Assembly (NCBI GenBank): GCA_963840455.1
Contig: CAWIYV010000007.1
Span: 352,001 to 416,000 of the forward strand
Origin: Nitrospirota bacterium
GTDB lineage: Bacteria; Nitrospirota; UBA9217
Direction: 5' to 3'
DNA length: 64,000 bases
How positions within the stretch are numbered: the first letter of the stretch is position 1; each line of letters starts with the position of its first letter. The position numbers and the translations under genes were made by a program. Under the pieces are notes generated by a model. It made no database searches, was not told where the DNA came from, and was given only the letters and a program-made list of their open reading frames with translations. This document shows, one piece after another, positions 51,073 through 60,737 of this stretch.

Positions 51073-52058
51073 CGGCACCGTTGCGGCAGATGGATCACCA
51101 CGGCCATGACCACGGGAATGCTCATGAACATGATCATGCCGGGGGCCATGTCGCCCACGCGGGTGCGGGCGGAAGGAAAGGGCTTCTGATCGCCCTCAGC
51201 ATCACCCTGTTCATGATGCTCGCCGAGATCGTCGGCGGCATCATGTCCAACAGCCTTGCGCTCTTGTCCGATGCAGGCCACATGTTCACCGACACCCTGG
51301 CGCTCGCCCTGTCGTTCTTCGCCATGAAATTTGCGGACATGCCGGCGACGGAGAAGAAGACCTATGGCTTCTACCGCCTCGAGATCCTCGCGGCGCTCCT
51401 GAACGGCGTGATCCTCGTGCTCATTTCCCTCTACATCATCTACGAGGCATACCAGCGCATCCTGAACCCGCCTGCCGTGCAGGGGGCGCTGATGCTGATC
51501 GTGGCCGTAATCGGCCTGATCGTCAACATCATCGGCGCCCTGTTCCTGGTGAAACACCGTCATTCTACACTCAACATCCGGAGCGCGTTCCTGCACATCA
51601 TCGGCGACGCGGTATCATCCGTCGGCGTCATCATCGGCGGCGTGGTGATCTATTACACCGGCTGGTTCCTCATTGACCCGGTGCTGAGCATCATGATCGC
51701 TCTCGGTATCATTGCCGGCTCCTACGGCTTGGTGACAGAATCGGTGAACATCCTGCTCGAGTCCGCACCGTCCCATATCAACATCGAAGCTGTGGCTGCT
51801 GAGATCGCCACGGTGAACGGCGTTCGCGAGGCATACCACGTCCACATTTGGACCATAACCTCGGGCGTCTATGCCCTGAGCGCCCACGTCATCATTGATG
51901 ACATGCCGGTGAGCGGCAGCAGGGAACTGTTGAAGGATATCCAGCACCGTCTCGCGGAGCGCTTCAAGATCATCCACAGCACCATCCAGTTCGAATGCGA
52001 ACGGTGCGTCGAGAGCGGGGTCTGTCCGCTCCCTGATGATGTGAAAAACCACCGGTAA
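51069..52058 (+). CDS. Cation diffusion facilitator (CzcD/ZitB-like Zn/Co/Cd exporter)
   Basis: His-rich N-terminus; SLALLSDAGHMFTD, FLHIIGD, HVHIW, HSTIQ. Confidence 0.9.
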   Translation: MTAPLRQMDHHGHDHGNAHEHDHAGGHVAHAGAGGRKGLLIALSITLFMMLAEIVGGIMSNSLALLSDAGHMFTDTLALALSFFAMKFADMPATEKKTYGFYRLEILAALLNGVILVLISLYIIYEAYQRILNPPAVQGALMLIVAVIGLIVNIIGALFLVKHRHSTLNIRSAFLHIIGDAVSSVGVIIGGVVIYYTGWFLIDPVLSIMIALGIIAGSYGLVTESVNILLESAPSHINIEAVAAEIATVNGVREAYHVHIWTITSGVYALSAHVIIDDMPVSGSRELLKDIQHRLAERFKIIHSTIQFECERCVESGVCPLPDDVKNHR

Positions 52059-52071
52059 CTCCCCATATTCC

Positions 52072-52100
52072 TTGACTTAATTATCTGTATTCGCTACACT
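52072..52100 (+). promoter_or_regulatory. Sigma70 promoter of the putative sphingolipid operon
   Basis: TTGACT-17-TACACT. Confidence 0.55.
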
Positions 52101-52128
52101 GTCGGAGCTTTTTCAGCAGTCATATCAT

Positions 52129-53130
52129 ATGAGACAAAATGTTACCGGCACGGTCCTGGTCACCGGCGGCACCGGCTTCGTGGGGAGCCACCTTGTCGAG
52201 CTGCTGATCGCTAGGGGCTATGATGTCGTCTGCCTCGTGAGGGACCTTCAGAGGCTCCGGTGGCTCCAGGGGCTGAAGGTGCGGTTGGTCAGGGGAGACT
52301 GTCAGGATCCGACGTCGCTGACAGCAGCGGTCAAGAATGCCGCGATGGTCTTTCACCTGGCCGGTCTCACCAAGGCATTTCGCGCACGCGATTATTACGA
52401 GGTGAACCATATCGGCACCCGGAACCTCCTCGAGGCGTGCGCGCGTCACAATCCCGGGCTCAGGAAGTTCATCCTCGTTTCCAGTCTTGCCGCCGCCGGT
52501 CCCGCCGCTGGCGGCAGGCCGATACGGGATACCGACCTTCCGCGGCCGGTATCGGATTACGGGAGGAGCAAGCTTCTCGGAGAGGCGGAGACGCTCCGCT
52601 TCCGGGAACGGTTCCCCATCGTGACCCTCCGGCCCGCTGCGGTATACGGCCCGCGCGATACCGATGTGTTCGAGCTGTTCAAGTGGGCATCGAAGGGCCT
52701 TATTCTCGACATTCGCGGCGGGGAGCGCTTCCTGAACTGGTGCTATGTAGATGACCTGGCCGAAGCCCTGCTCCTTGCAGGCGAGCGCAGGGTTCCGAGC
52801 GGCAGCAGGTATTTCATCGCCGAGGACCGGGTGTATTCAACGACGGAATTCCACCAGGCGCTGCAGCGGACCGGCGGCGTGAACGCGAAGGTCATCAAGG
52901 TGCCGGTCTGGATGGGATATGCCATCGGAGCGCTGTCCGAGACGGCCGGCGCCCTCCGGGGCAAGGCAACGATCATGAGCCGACAGAAGGTCCGGGAGGC
53001 GGTCCAGCAATACTGGACCTGCGACCTGGGCAGGACCCGTGACGATCTTGGCTTCAGCGCAGGTGTTCCGCTGGAGCAGGGGCTCGAACGCACCTGGAAG
53101 TGGTATCGGGATAATAATTGGGTCCGTTGA
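52129..53130 (+). CDS. Extended SDR NAD-dependent epimerase/dehydratase; candidate ceramide/3-keto-sphingoid reductase (CerR role)
   Basis: TGGTGFVG, HLAG, SS.AA, YGRSK. Role inferred from its position next to spt. Confidence 0.7.
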   Translation: MRQNVTGTVLVTGGTGFVGSHLVELLIARGYDVVCLVRDLQRLRWLQGLKVRLVRGDCQDPTSLTAAVKNAAMVFHLAGLTKAFRARDYYEVNHIGTRNLLEACARHNPGLRKFILVSSLAAAGPAAGGRPIRDTDLPRPVSDYGRSKLLGEAETLRFRERFPIVTLRPAAVYGPRDTDVFELFKWASKGLILDIRGGERFLNWCYVDDLAEALLLAGERRVPSGSRYFIAEDRVYSTTEFHQALQRTGGVNAKVIKVPVWMGYAIGALSETAGALRGKATIMSRQKVREAVQQYWTCDLGRTRDDLGFSAGVPLEQGLERTWKWYRDNNWVR

Positions 53131-53174
53131 TCAGGTCTGCGAAATTCATTATGGGATGAGAGGGAGGCAGTACA

Positions 53175-54356
53175 TTGGATCTTTTTGAAAAGTGCACGAA
53201 GTACACCGCGGCAAAAGAGGTGATGGCCGCCGGATTCTATCCATACTTCCGCGTGGTGGAATCGGAGCAGAACCCCGAGGTGATCGTGGAAGGCCATAAG
53301 ATGATCATGCTCGGGTCGAACAACTACCTCGGCCTTACGAGCCACCCCAAGGTGAAGGAAGCGGCCATCGAGGCGGTGAAGAAGTACGGGAGCGGGTGCG
53401 CGGGCTCACGCTTCCTGAACGGCACCCTCGATATCCATGTGCAGCTCGAGAAGAAGTTGGCCAAGTTCTTCCGGAAGGAGAACGCTCTGACCTTCTCCAC
53501 CGGTTACCAGACGAACCTCGGCATCATCTCGTCCATTGCCGGAAAGGACGACGTGGTCGTCATCGACAAGCTGGACCACGCCAGCATCATCGACGCCTGC
53601 CGGCTGTCCTATGCCGATGTCAAGAAGTTCAAGCATAACGACATGAAGAGCCTCGAGTTCATCCTCTCGGAGTGCGGGGACCGGGGCAAGCTCGTCGTCA
53701 TCGACGGCGTGTACAGCATGGAAGGGGACATCGCGCCGCTGCCGGAGATCGTCAAGGTCTGCAAGAAGTACGGAGCGCGTATCATGGTCGATGACGCCCA
53801 CGGCGTCGGCGTGCTAGGGAAAACGGGACGCGGCACGGCGGAGCACTTCGGGCTCGAGAAGGACGTGGACATCATCATGGGCACCTACAGCAAGTCCATG
53901 GCCTCCATCGGCGGGTTCGTGGCTGCGAGCGAGGACGTGATCCATTACATCAAACATACCTCACGGCCGCTCATCTTCTCGGCGAGCCCGCCGCCGGCCT
54001 CGGTGGCGTCGGTCATCGCCGCCCTCGACGTCATCGACCAGGAGCCGGAGCGCAGGGAACGACTCTGGCACAATACGAACAAGATGATGAAGGCTTTCAA
54101 GAACATGGGGTATGACACCGGGACCTCGGAGACGCCCATCATCCCACTGCTCATGGGCGAGATGGAGCGGGCGTTCATGATGTGGAAGATCCTGAGCGAC
54201 GAGGGCGTGTTCGTGAACCCGGTGGCACCTCCGGCAACTCCACCGGGACGCTGCCTCATCCGCACGAGCTACATGGCGACCCATACCGATGAACAACTCG
54301 ACCGGGTGCTCGTGATCATGGAGCAGGCAGGGAAAAAACTGGGTGTGATACAATAA
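53175..54356 (+). CDS. spt: Serine palmitoyltransferase (AOS family)
   Basis: YPYFR..ES, GSNNYLGL, GCAGSRFLNGTLDIH, HASIIDA, DDAHG, GTYSKS. The N-terminus resembles Bacteroides-type SPT; flanked by reductase and ceramide synthase candidates. Confidence 0.8.
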   Translation: MDLFEKCTKYTAAKEVMAAGFYPYFRVVESEQNPEVIVEGHKMIMLGSNNYLGLTSHPKVKEAAIEAVKKYGSGCAGSRFLNGTLDIHVQLEKKLAKFFRKENALTFSTGYQTNLGIISSIAGKDDVVVIDKLDHASIIDACRLSYADVKKFKHNDMKSLEFILSECGDRGKLVVIDGVYSMEGDIAPLPEIVKVCKKYGARIMVDDAHGVGVLGKTGRGTAEHFGLEKDVDIIMGTYSKSMASIGGFVAASEDVIHYIKHTSRPLIFSASPPPASVASVIAALDVIDQEPERRERLWHNTNKMMKAFKNMGYDTGTSETPIIPLLMGEMERAFMMWKILSDEGVFVNPVAPPATPPGRCLIRTSYMATHTDEQLDRVLVIMEQAGKKLGVIQ

Positions 54357-54397
54357 CCGGGATCGTGAGCATGAAAAGGCGGAAAAGCGTTTTGAAG

Positions 54398-54451
54398 GGA
54401 TACAGGATAGAATTGTGATACTACCCCTCCTGTTGATCCTGATGATCCTGT
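54398..54451. repeat. Degenerate second copy of the ACAGGAT/ATCCTGT REP-like element
   Basis: GGATACAGGAT ... TCCTGTTGATCCTGATGATCCTGT. Confidence 0.45.
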
Positions 54452-54494
54452 GAACCTTTCAATGGCTCCCTAGTATTCCGACTGCTAAACTACC

Positions 54495-55613
54495 ATGCAG
54501 ATCGAACTTGTTTCCGATAAAAAGGGCCTCGAACAGTTCATTCGGTTCCCCTGGGCAGTGTATGAGGGGAACTCGAACTGGGTCCCGCCGCTCATCAGCG
54601 AGATGGAGTTCATCCTTGGCGAGAAGAACCCGTTCTTCCATCACGCCGAGGCCGCCTACTTCCTTGCGAAAGATGGGGAAAACGTCGTTGGCCGCATCGC
54701 CGCAATCATCGACCGCAATCACATCAATACGCACAACGAACAGGCGGGATTCTTCGGGTTCTACGAAGCCCTTCCCGATCCTGCCGTCGCCTGCGGCCTC
54801 CTGGACGCGGCAGCTGCATGGCTAAAAGAGCGCGAAATCGAGGTCATGCGCGGGCCCATAAACCCGTCCACGAACGATGAATGCGGATTCCTGCTCGAAG
54901 GGTTCGATTCCCCGCCGATGATCATGATGACCTATACGCCGCGGTACTATCTCGACCACATGGAGCGCTGCGGCATGGAAAAGGCCAGGGACCTCTATGC
55001 GTATATCTCGATCATCCCGGAGGTCTCGGCCGGCGGCAGGCTCGAACGGCTCTCCTCCGGGGTGCATGCGCGGGTGCCCGGCCTCACCGTGCGGCCGGCG
55101 AACATGAAGCAGTTCCATCGGGAACTGGAATCGGTCAAGGAGATCTACAACTCGGCATGGAGCCACAACTGGGGGTTCGTCCCCATGACCGAAGAGGAGA
55201 TCGAGTCCATGGCGAAGCGGCTCAAGCCGCTCATCGTCCCGGAGCTGCTGATCATGGTCGAGGTGAACGGCGCCCCCGCAGCGTTCTTCATGGCCCTGCC
55301 GGACTACAACCAGGTCCTTCGCCGGGTCAACGGGCGGCTGGGGCCCATGGGCATCCTGAAGTTCCTGTGGTACTCCCGGAAGATCTCCGACATCCGCGTG
55401 CTCACCATGGGGGTGAAAGAGGAATACCGCAAGAAAGGCATCGAGGGCCTGCTGTACCTCGAGTCCTTCAAGGCAGCCATGAAGAAAGGCTATGAACGGG
55501 CAGAGATGTCCTGGGTGCTGGAGGACAACCTCCTCATGCAGCGCGGCTGCGAGCTCATGGGCGGGAAACTGTACAAGAAGTACCGCATCTACGAGAAGAA
55601 GATCCGAGCATGA
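54495..55613 (+). CDS. GNAT-fold protein of the bacterial ceramide synthase (bCerS/YghO-like) family
   Basis: FP..VY....WVPPL, NPFF, GRIAA, GFFGF, RGP..STNDECG.L.EGF, HNWGFVP, SWVLEDN. Confidence 0.78.
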   Translation: MQIELVSDKKGLEQFIRFPWAVYEGNSNWVPPLISEMEFILGEKNPFFHHAEAAYFLAKDGENVVGRIAAIIDRNHINTHNEQAGFFGFYEALPDPAVACGLLDAAAAWLKEREIEVMRGPINPSTNDECGFLLEGFDSPPMIMMTYTPRYYLDHMERCGMEKARDLYAYISIIPEVSAGGRLERLSSGVHARVPGLTVRPANMKQFHRELESVKEIYNSAWSHNWGFVPMTEEEIESMAKRLKPLIVPELLIMVEVNGAPAAFFMALPDYNQVLRRVNGRLGPMGILKFLWYSRKISDIRVLTMGVKEEYRKKGIEGLLYLESFKAAMKKGYERAEMSWVLEDNLLMQRGCELMGGKLYKKYRIYEKKIRA

Positions 55614-56197
55614 AGCATATCGGACGCAAGCTCTACCACCTCCTCGGCGGGCTCGCCTTGCTTACGCTCTATTACCTGCTGGGCAGGCGGAACGCGCTGG
55701 TCTGCTACGGTCTCCTCTTCCTGGTCGTTCTTGCCGTCGATATCACCCGCCTTCGCGTGCCCGCGTTCAACCAGTTCATCCAGACGCGGCTTAGCAGCTT
55801 CATCCGGAAGAACGAGGCAAACAAAATCACCGGCACGGCGCCCTATGTGCTCGGCATCGGGTTGACGCTGTTGTTCTACCGTACCGATATCGCCACGGCT
55901 GCCATCTGTTTTCTCGCGTTCGGTGATGTGGCGGCGACGACCGTTGGGGAGCGGTATGGACGGACGAAGATCGTAGGTGATAAAAGCCTGGAAGGGACCC
56001 TGGCATTTGCGGTCATTGCTGTTGCATCCGGGCTGGCGCTCCCGCTGGTCGGTGTCCACCTTGCGCCCGGCCTCATCGCGGCAGGATCGTTCGTGGCTGC
56101 AGGTGTGGAACTGGTCCCCCTGCGCGTTAACGATAACCTCGTGATCCCCGTGGTATCAGGCGGGGCCATGGAACTGATCGCGCGGCTTGGCGGCTGA
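55610..56197 (+). CDS. CTP-dependent lipid kinase (dolichol/phytol kinase, Dgk1-like)
   Basis: RKLYH, FGD.AA..VG..YG, KSLEG, E......DNL.IP; fully hydrophobic; ATGA overlap with the upstream gene. Confidence 0.8.
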   Translation: MKHIGRKLYHLLGGLALLTLYYLLGRRNALVCYGLLFLVVLAVDITRLRVPAFNQFIQTRLSSFIRKNEANKITGTAPYVLGIGLTLLFYRTDIATAAICFLAFGDVAATTVGERYGRTKIVGDKSLEGTLAFAVIAVASGLALPLVGVHLAPGLIAAGSFVAAGVELVPLRVNDNLVIPVVSGGAMELIARLGG

Positions 56198-57061
56198 ACA
56201 TGAGGACCATGCGTAAAGCGGTGGGGCAAGGTACACGGTGAGCACGGTCAGCGCGATGCCTGCCAGGACATCGACGACGTAGTGGTAGCGAAGGTACACG
56301 GTGGACAGGATGAGCCCGGTCACCGCCGGCAGGAGCAGTGCGGTCAGGACCCGTTCCCGGAACTTCCTTGCGTAGTAGAGCGTCATCAGGGCGACGGCGG
56401 TATGGCCGCTCGGGAACGCATCGGTCTTGGTGTTCTCGAGGGCGTTCAACGTTTCCTGGATGGATGTGACAAGCGGTCCGGCAGCCAGGTCCCGCGTCTG
56501 CAGATGCGCAAGGGTGAAGCGGGGGCCAACAGCAGGGACCAAAAGGTAGCCGACGTAGGACAGGTAGAAACAGAGGATAATACCGAAGATCGCTTCGTCG
56601 AAGGCGGTCTCGTTCTTTTTCAGGAAGAGCACGGCGCCCAGGACGATGGCCATGGGATAATAGCTGATGTAGGCGAACTGCAGCACCGTGGTCAGCAGGG
56701 GATGGACGAACCGTTCGAGCAGGACCGTGGGGTGATGTCCCCCGAAGAGCCGGAAGTCGGCCCTGATGAGCAGGTCGTCGAAGGTGCAGGGCCAGACCCA
56801 GGGAATGATATCTCCCATGCTGTTGAACAGGACCGGGACGATCAGGACCGGAAGGAACGAATGGACGGTGCGCGCCCAGGTCGGCGCCTTCGGGAACGAG
56901 GCGTACCGGCTGATGAGGACCAGGAAAACGATAAGGGCGGCAAAGCGGGCAACAAGCCGCCCCGCGTGGGGCAGCCGGGGCGACGCGGCGAGCGTGACCG
57001 CGGCCAGGAGCGCGATGAAGGCGATCGAGAGCAGGTCGACAGGCTTGAGGGTCCTGCGCAT
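56156..57061 (-). CDS. PAP2 superfamily membrane enzyme, Aur1/IPC-synthase-like (PAP2_3)
   Basis: Y.SYY, PAVGPR, AFPSGH, STVYLRYHYVVD. Confidence 0.78.
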   Translation of the reverse strand: MRRTLKPVDLLSIAFIALLAAVTLAASPRLPHAGRLVARFAALIVFLVLISRYASFPKAPTWARTVHSFLPVLIVPVLFNSMGDIIPWVWPCTFDDLLIRADFRLFGGHHPTVLLERFVHPLLTTVLQFAYISYYPMAIVLGAVLFLKKNETAFDEAIFGIILCFYLSYVGYLLVPAVGPRFTLAHLQTRDLAAGPLVTSIQETLNALENTKTDAFPSGHTAVALMTLYYARKFRERVLTALLLPAVTGLILSTVYLRYHYVVDVLAGIALTVLTVYLAPPLYAWSSCSAAKPRDQFHGPA

Positions 57062-57066
57062 GACCT

Positions 57067-57113
57067 CTTATACAATACCTCCCCGCTAATTGCAAGAGCA
57101 TCTATGTTATACT
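57067..57113. promoter_or_regulatory. Compact divergent promoters for the PAP2 gene and the tolC operon
   Basis: Minus strand: TTGCAA-17-TATAAG, 5 nt before ATG 57061. Plus strand: extended -10 TGtTATACT, 6 nt before ATG 57120. Confidence 0.5.
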
Positions 57114-57119
57114 CGAACT

Positions 57120-58442
57120 ATGCATAAGAGCGCCCGATCAGCCCTGCTCGTTCTTGCGGTCCTGCTGCCGTCTATCAGTGCATTTGACGATGGCCATGCA
57201 GCGGAAAAGCTCTCCCTGACGCAATGCCTCGAAACGGCGCTCAAGAACCAGCCGGCGATCAGGGCGGCCCAGGAGAACGTTCGTGCCGGTCAAGGCCGGG
57301 AGACCCAGGCGGCATCGCCCTATTTCCCGCAGCTCACGGCAAGTACCGGTTATTCCGAGAGCCATGCCCCCCTGGGAGGTGCGTTCGGAGACAGTACAAC
57401 GAAGAGCTATACCACGAGCCTGTCGTTGAGCCAGACGCTCTATGACTTCGGGAAAACCGGAAATGCCTATGACGCAGCGAAATTGGGTACGCTGTCGCTG
57501 GAGCGGGATGCGGAACGGATCAGCCAGGAGGTCGTGCTGAATGTCAAACAGTCCTATTACGCGCTGCTGGCGGCCAAGAAGCTCGTCGAGGTAGCCCAGA
57601 AAACGATCGAGCAGACCGAAAGCCATCTGAAACAGGCCGAGGCGTTCTTTCGCGCGGGATCAAAACCGAGATACGACGTGACGCGGGCCGAGGTGGAAGT
57701 GAACAACGCGAATCTCGGCCTGATCAACGCAAAGAACGGTGTGCGCATAAGGACGATCGCCCTGAACAACGCCATGGGGATCGATCCGGGGAGGGCCACG
57801 GAGATCGTGGAGGAGCTTCCCTCCGTCCCGCTTCTTCCGTCGCTGGACAAGGCGCAGGCGGACGCCCTTCAGAACCGTCCGGACATGAAACGGATGGAGG
57901 CTGACATCGAGGCGGCCCGGGCCCGGCTGACGGCGGAGCGGTCGAACCACCTTCCGACGCTCTCGGCGAACGCCGCCTACAACTGGGCGAACGGCACTAC
58001 CGAGATGGGACCGTTCATGGGGACGATGTTCAAGGGAGACGTCCAGAACAGCTGGAACGCCGGGATCATGCTGACCCTGCCCCTGTTCCAGGGAGGCCTG
58101 ACGGCGGGCCGGGTCGCCGAGGCGCGGGCGAATCTGCTTGCGCTTGAAGCCCAGCGGGACGCGATGAAGCAGTCGATCCTCCTGGAGGTGAACCAGGCCT
58201 TTGCCGATCTCGAGAGCGCGGCCGCGCGGGTGGAGGTCATGGAGAAGACCCTGCAAAAAGCGCGGGAAAATCTTGATATCGCCCAGGGCAGATATAAAGC
58301 AGGGGTCGGTCCCTATATTGAAGTGACAGACGCCCAGCTTTCCTCGGTCAATTCAGAAACAGACCATATCAAGGCGCTGTATGATTATCACCTTGCGATC
58401 GCGCAGCTCCAGAAAGCAATGGGCATCAAAAGCTATGAATAA
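57120..58442 (+). CDS. TolC family outer membrane efflux protein
   Basis: Signal peptide; QTLYDFG and LPLFQGG OEP repeats. Confidence 0.88.
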   Translation: MHKSARSALLVLAVLLPSISAFDDGHAAEKLSLTQCLETALKNQPAIRAAQENVRAGQGRETQAASPYFPQLTASTGYSESHAPLGGAFGDSTTKSYTTSLSLSQTLYDFGKTGNAYDAAKLGTLSLERDAERISQEVVLNVKQSYYALLAAKKLVEVAQKTIEQTESHLKQAEAFFRAGSKPRYDVTRAEVEVNNANLGLINAKNGVRIRTIALNNAMGIDPGRATEIVEELPSVPLLPSLDKAQADALQNRPDMKRMEADIEAARARLTAERSNHLPTLSANAAYNWANGTTEMGPFMGTMFKGDVQNSWNAGIMLTLPLFQGGLTAGRVAEARANLLALEAQRDAMKQSILLEVNQAFADLESAAARVEVMEKTLQKARENLDIAQGRYKAGVGPYIEVTDAQLSSVNSETDHIKALYDYHLAIAQLQKAMGIKSYE

Positions 58443-58488
58443 CACGAGGCCGTAGAAGGTCGTTGACGGAGAGAGGGGAGGAAAAGCA

Positions 58489-58947
58489 ATGCCGCGAGTA
58501 GAATCAGTGTTCAGGGTCAAACTCCCTGTCAGGGCAGTGTGGTCCTTTATGTCGGACCGCAACGAAGTGGGCTGTCTGTTCCCGGGATGCAAGGGTGTCA
58601 AGATCTTAGATGATCTGGACGCGATATGGAAGGTGCGCGTGACCTTCGGGCCCTTTGCCCGGCTCGTGGAGCTGAAGACCCACACGACGGCGTTCAAGGA
58701 GTTTGAGCAGCTTTCCTGGATCGGCAGCGGCGGAGACATCCACATGTCAGGTGACGTCATGCTGAAAAAGGTCTCGGACGACGAGACCGAGGTGGTCTAT
58801 CATCTGGAAGGGCATGTGACCGGGCCGTTCGCCATGCTGCAGGACATTGTGGTGGCGGAGAAGCTGCGGGAGGTGAAGAAGAAGTTCATCAAGAACATCA
58901 AGGACGAGCTCGAGTGGCAGCTGGATGAGGGCGTGGAAAAGAAATGA
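58489..58947 (+). CDS. SRPBCC/CoxG (START-fold) protein
   Basis: VW.F..D...VG..FPG pattern, 152 aa, C-terminal helix; no signal peptide. Confidence 0.75.
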   Translation: MPRVESVFRVKLPVRAVWSFMSDRNEVGCLFPGCKGVKILDDLDAIWKVRVTFGPFARLVELKTHTTAFKEFEQLSWIGSGGDIHMSGDVMLKKVSDDETEVVYHLEGHVTGPFAMLQDIVVAEKLREVKKKFIKNIKDELEWQLDEGVEKK

Positions 58948-60047
58948 CGCTGCTCAGGAACAAGAAGGTGCTGATGGCTGCCGCGGTGGTGATCGTCATT
59001 GTGCTCGCCGTCGTAATGACCGGCAAGAAACCGGTGCCGGTCAAGGTCATTGAGATCAAGCGGGGAGAATTGCGCGTCATCGTGAATGCGACGACCACGT
59101 CGACGGTAAAGTCGGAATACGAGGTCACGCTTTCCGCGCAGCGCACGGGAAGGGTCGTCACGCTGCCGGTGCGGGAAGGGGACCGGGTCAAGGCCGGAGA
59201 CCTGATCGCACGGCTTGATCTGACCGAAGAATCCGTCCAGTCCGAGAGCGTTCTGGCCCAGAGCAGGGCAACATACGGGGAAACGGAGAAGAACCTCAAG
59301 CGCTCGGAAGATCTTTTTGCGAACGGGATGATCGCCCAGCAGGACCTCGACAGCGCACGCAGAGCGTTCGAGGTGGCACGGTCCCAGTATGAAGCCTCCC
59401 GGGACGATGTCAAGGTCAAGAAGGACTATTCCGTCATCAGGACGCCCTATGGCGGTGTGGTGTCGAAGAAATACACGGAGGTAGGCGAGCTGCTCCTGCC
59501 CGGGAAGCAGATCGTGACCGTCGTGGACCCTGACCGTATCTATGTGCTGGCGACCATCGATGAGGTGGATGTGGGACGGCTTCGTCTGGGGCAGCCGGTG
59601 GCCATCAGCATTGACGCGTTCCCGGGCGAGAAGTTCAACGGCACCATCAGGCGGATATCGCCCATCGTAAGCGGCGGAAAGCTGGAGACCCGGACCGCGG
59701 ACGTGTGGATCTATTTCACGGCGAAGGACGCCAGGATCAAGCCGGGGATGTCCGCCGACGTCGAGATCCTCATCACGACGCTCACGGGGGTCCTGTCCGC
59801 TCCATCACAGGCCATCGTGGAGCGCGACGGCAAGAAGCAGGTCTATGTCGCTGAAGGAACGAACCTTGCCCCGGGTGCCACTACCCGTGTGCGTCTGCAG
59901 CCTGTGGAGATCGGCGAAAGCAACTGGGTGAGTACGGAGATCAGGAACGGCCTGAAGGCCGGGGAGTTCGTTGTTACCACGCCCGAAGTGGAAGGACTGA
60001 AGGATGGCGTCAGAATCGTCGTCGAGAAAGAGAAAAATTCCCGTTAG
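58944..60047 (+). CDS. Efflux periplasmic adaptor (MFP, MacA-like)
   Basis: N-terminal TM, lipoyl half-motifs GRV..L.VREGD.VK.G and IRTP.GG.V, KPGMSA. Confidence 0.9.
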   Translation: MTLLRNKKVLMAAAVVIVIVLAVVMTGKKPVPVKVIEIKRGELRVIVNATTTSTVKSEYEVTLSAQRTGRVVTLPVREGDRVKAGDLIARLDLTEESVQSESVLAQSRATYGETEKNLKRSEDLFANGMIAQQDLDSARRAFEVARSQYEASRDDVKVKKDYSVIRTPYGGVVSKKYTEVGELLLPGKQIVTVVDPDRIYVLATIDEVDVGRLRLGQPVAISIDAFPGEKFNGTIRRISPIVSGGKLETRTADVWIYFTAKDARIKPGMSADVEILITTLTGVLSAPSQAIVERDGKKQVYVAEGTNLAPGATTRVRLQPVEIGESNWVSTEIRNGLKAGEFVVTTPEVEGLKDGVRIVVEKEKNSR

Positions 60048-60059
60048 CATACCCCTGCC

Positions 60060-60733
<674 letters not shown>

Positions 60734-60737
<4 letters not shown>

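Noticed and set aside
53175-54356. BioF (8-amino-7-oxononanoate synthase) or Kbl assignment
   Set aside because: No bio or tdh genes are nearby. The N-terminal YPYFR/GCAGSRFLNGT pattern and the bCerS-like neighbour favour Spt. Not excluded without a phylogeny.
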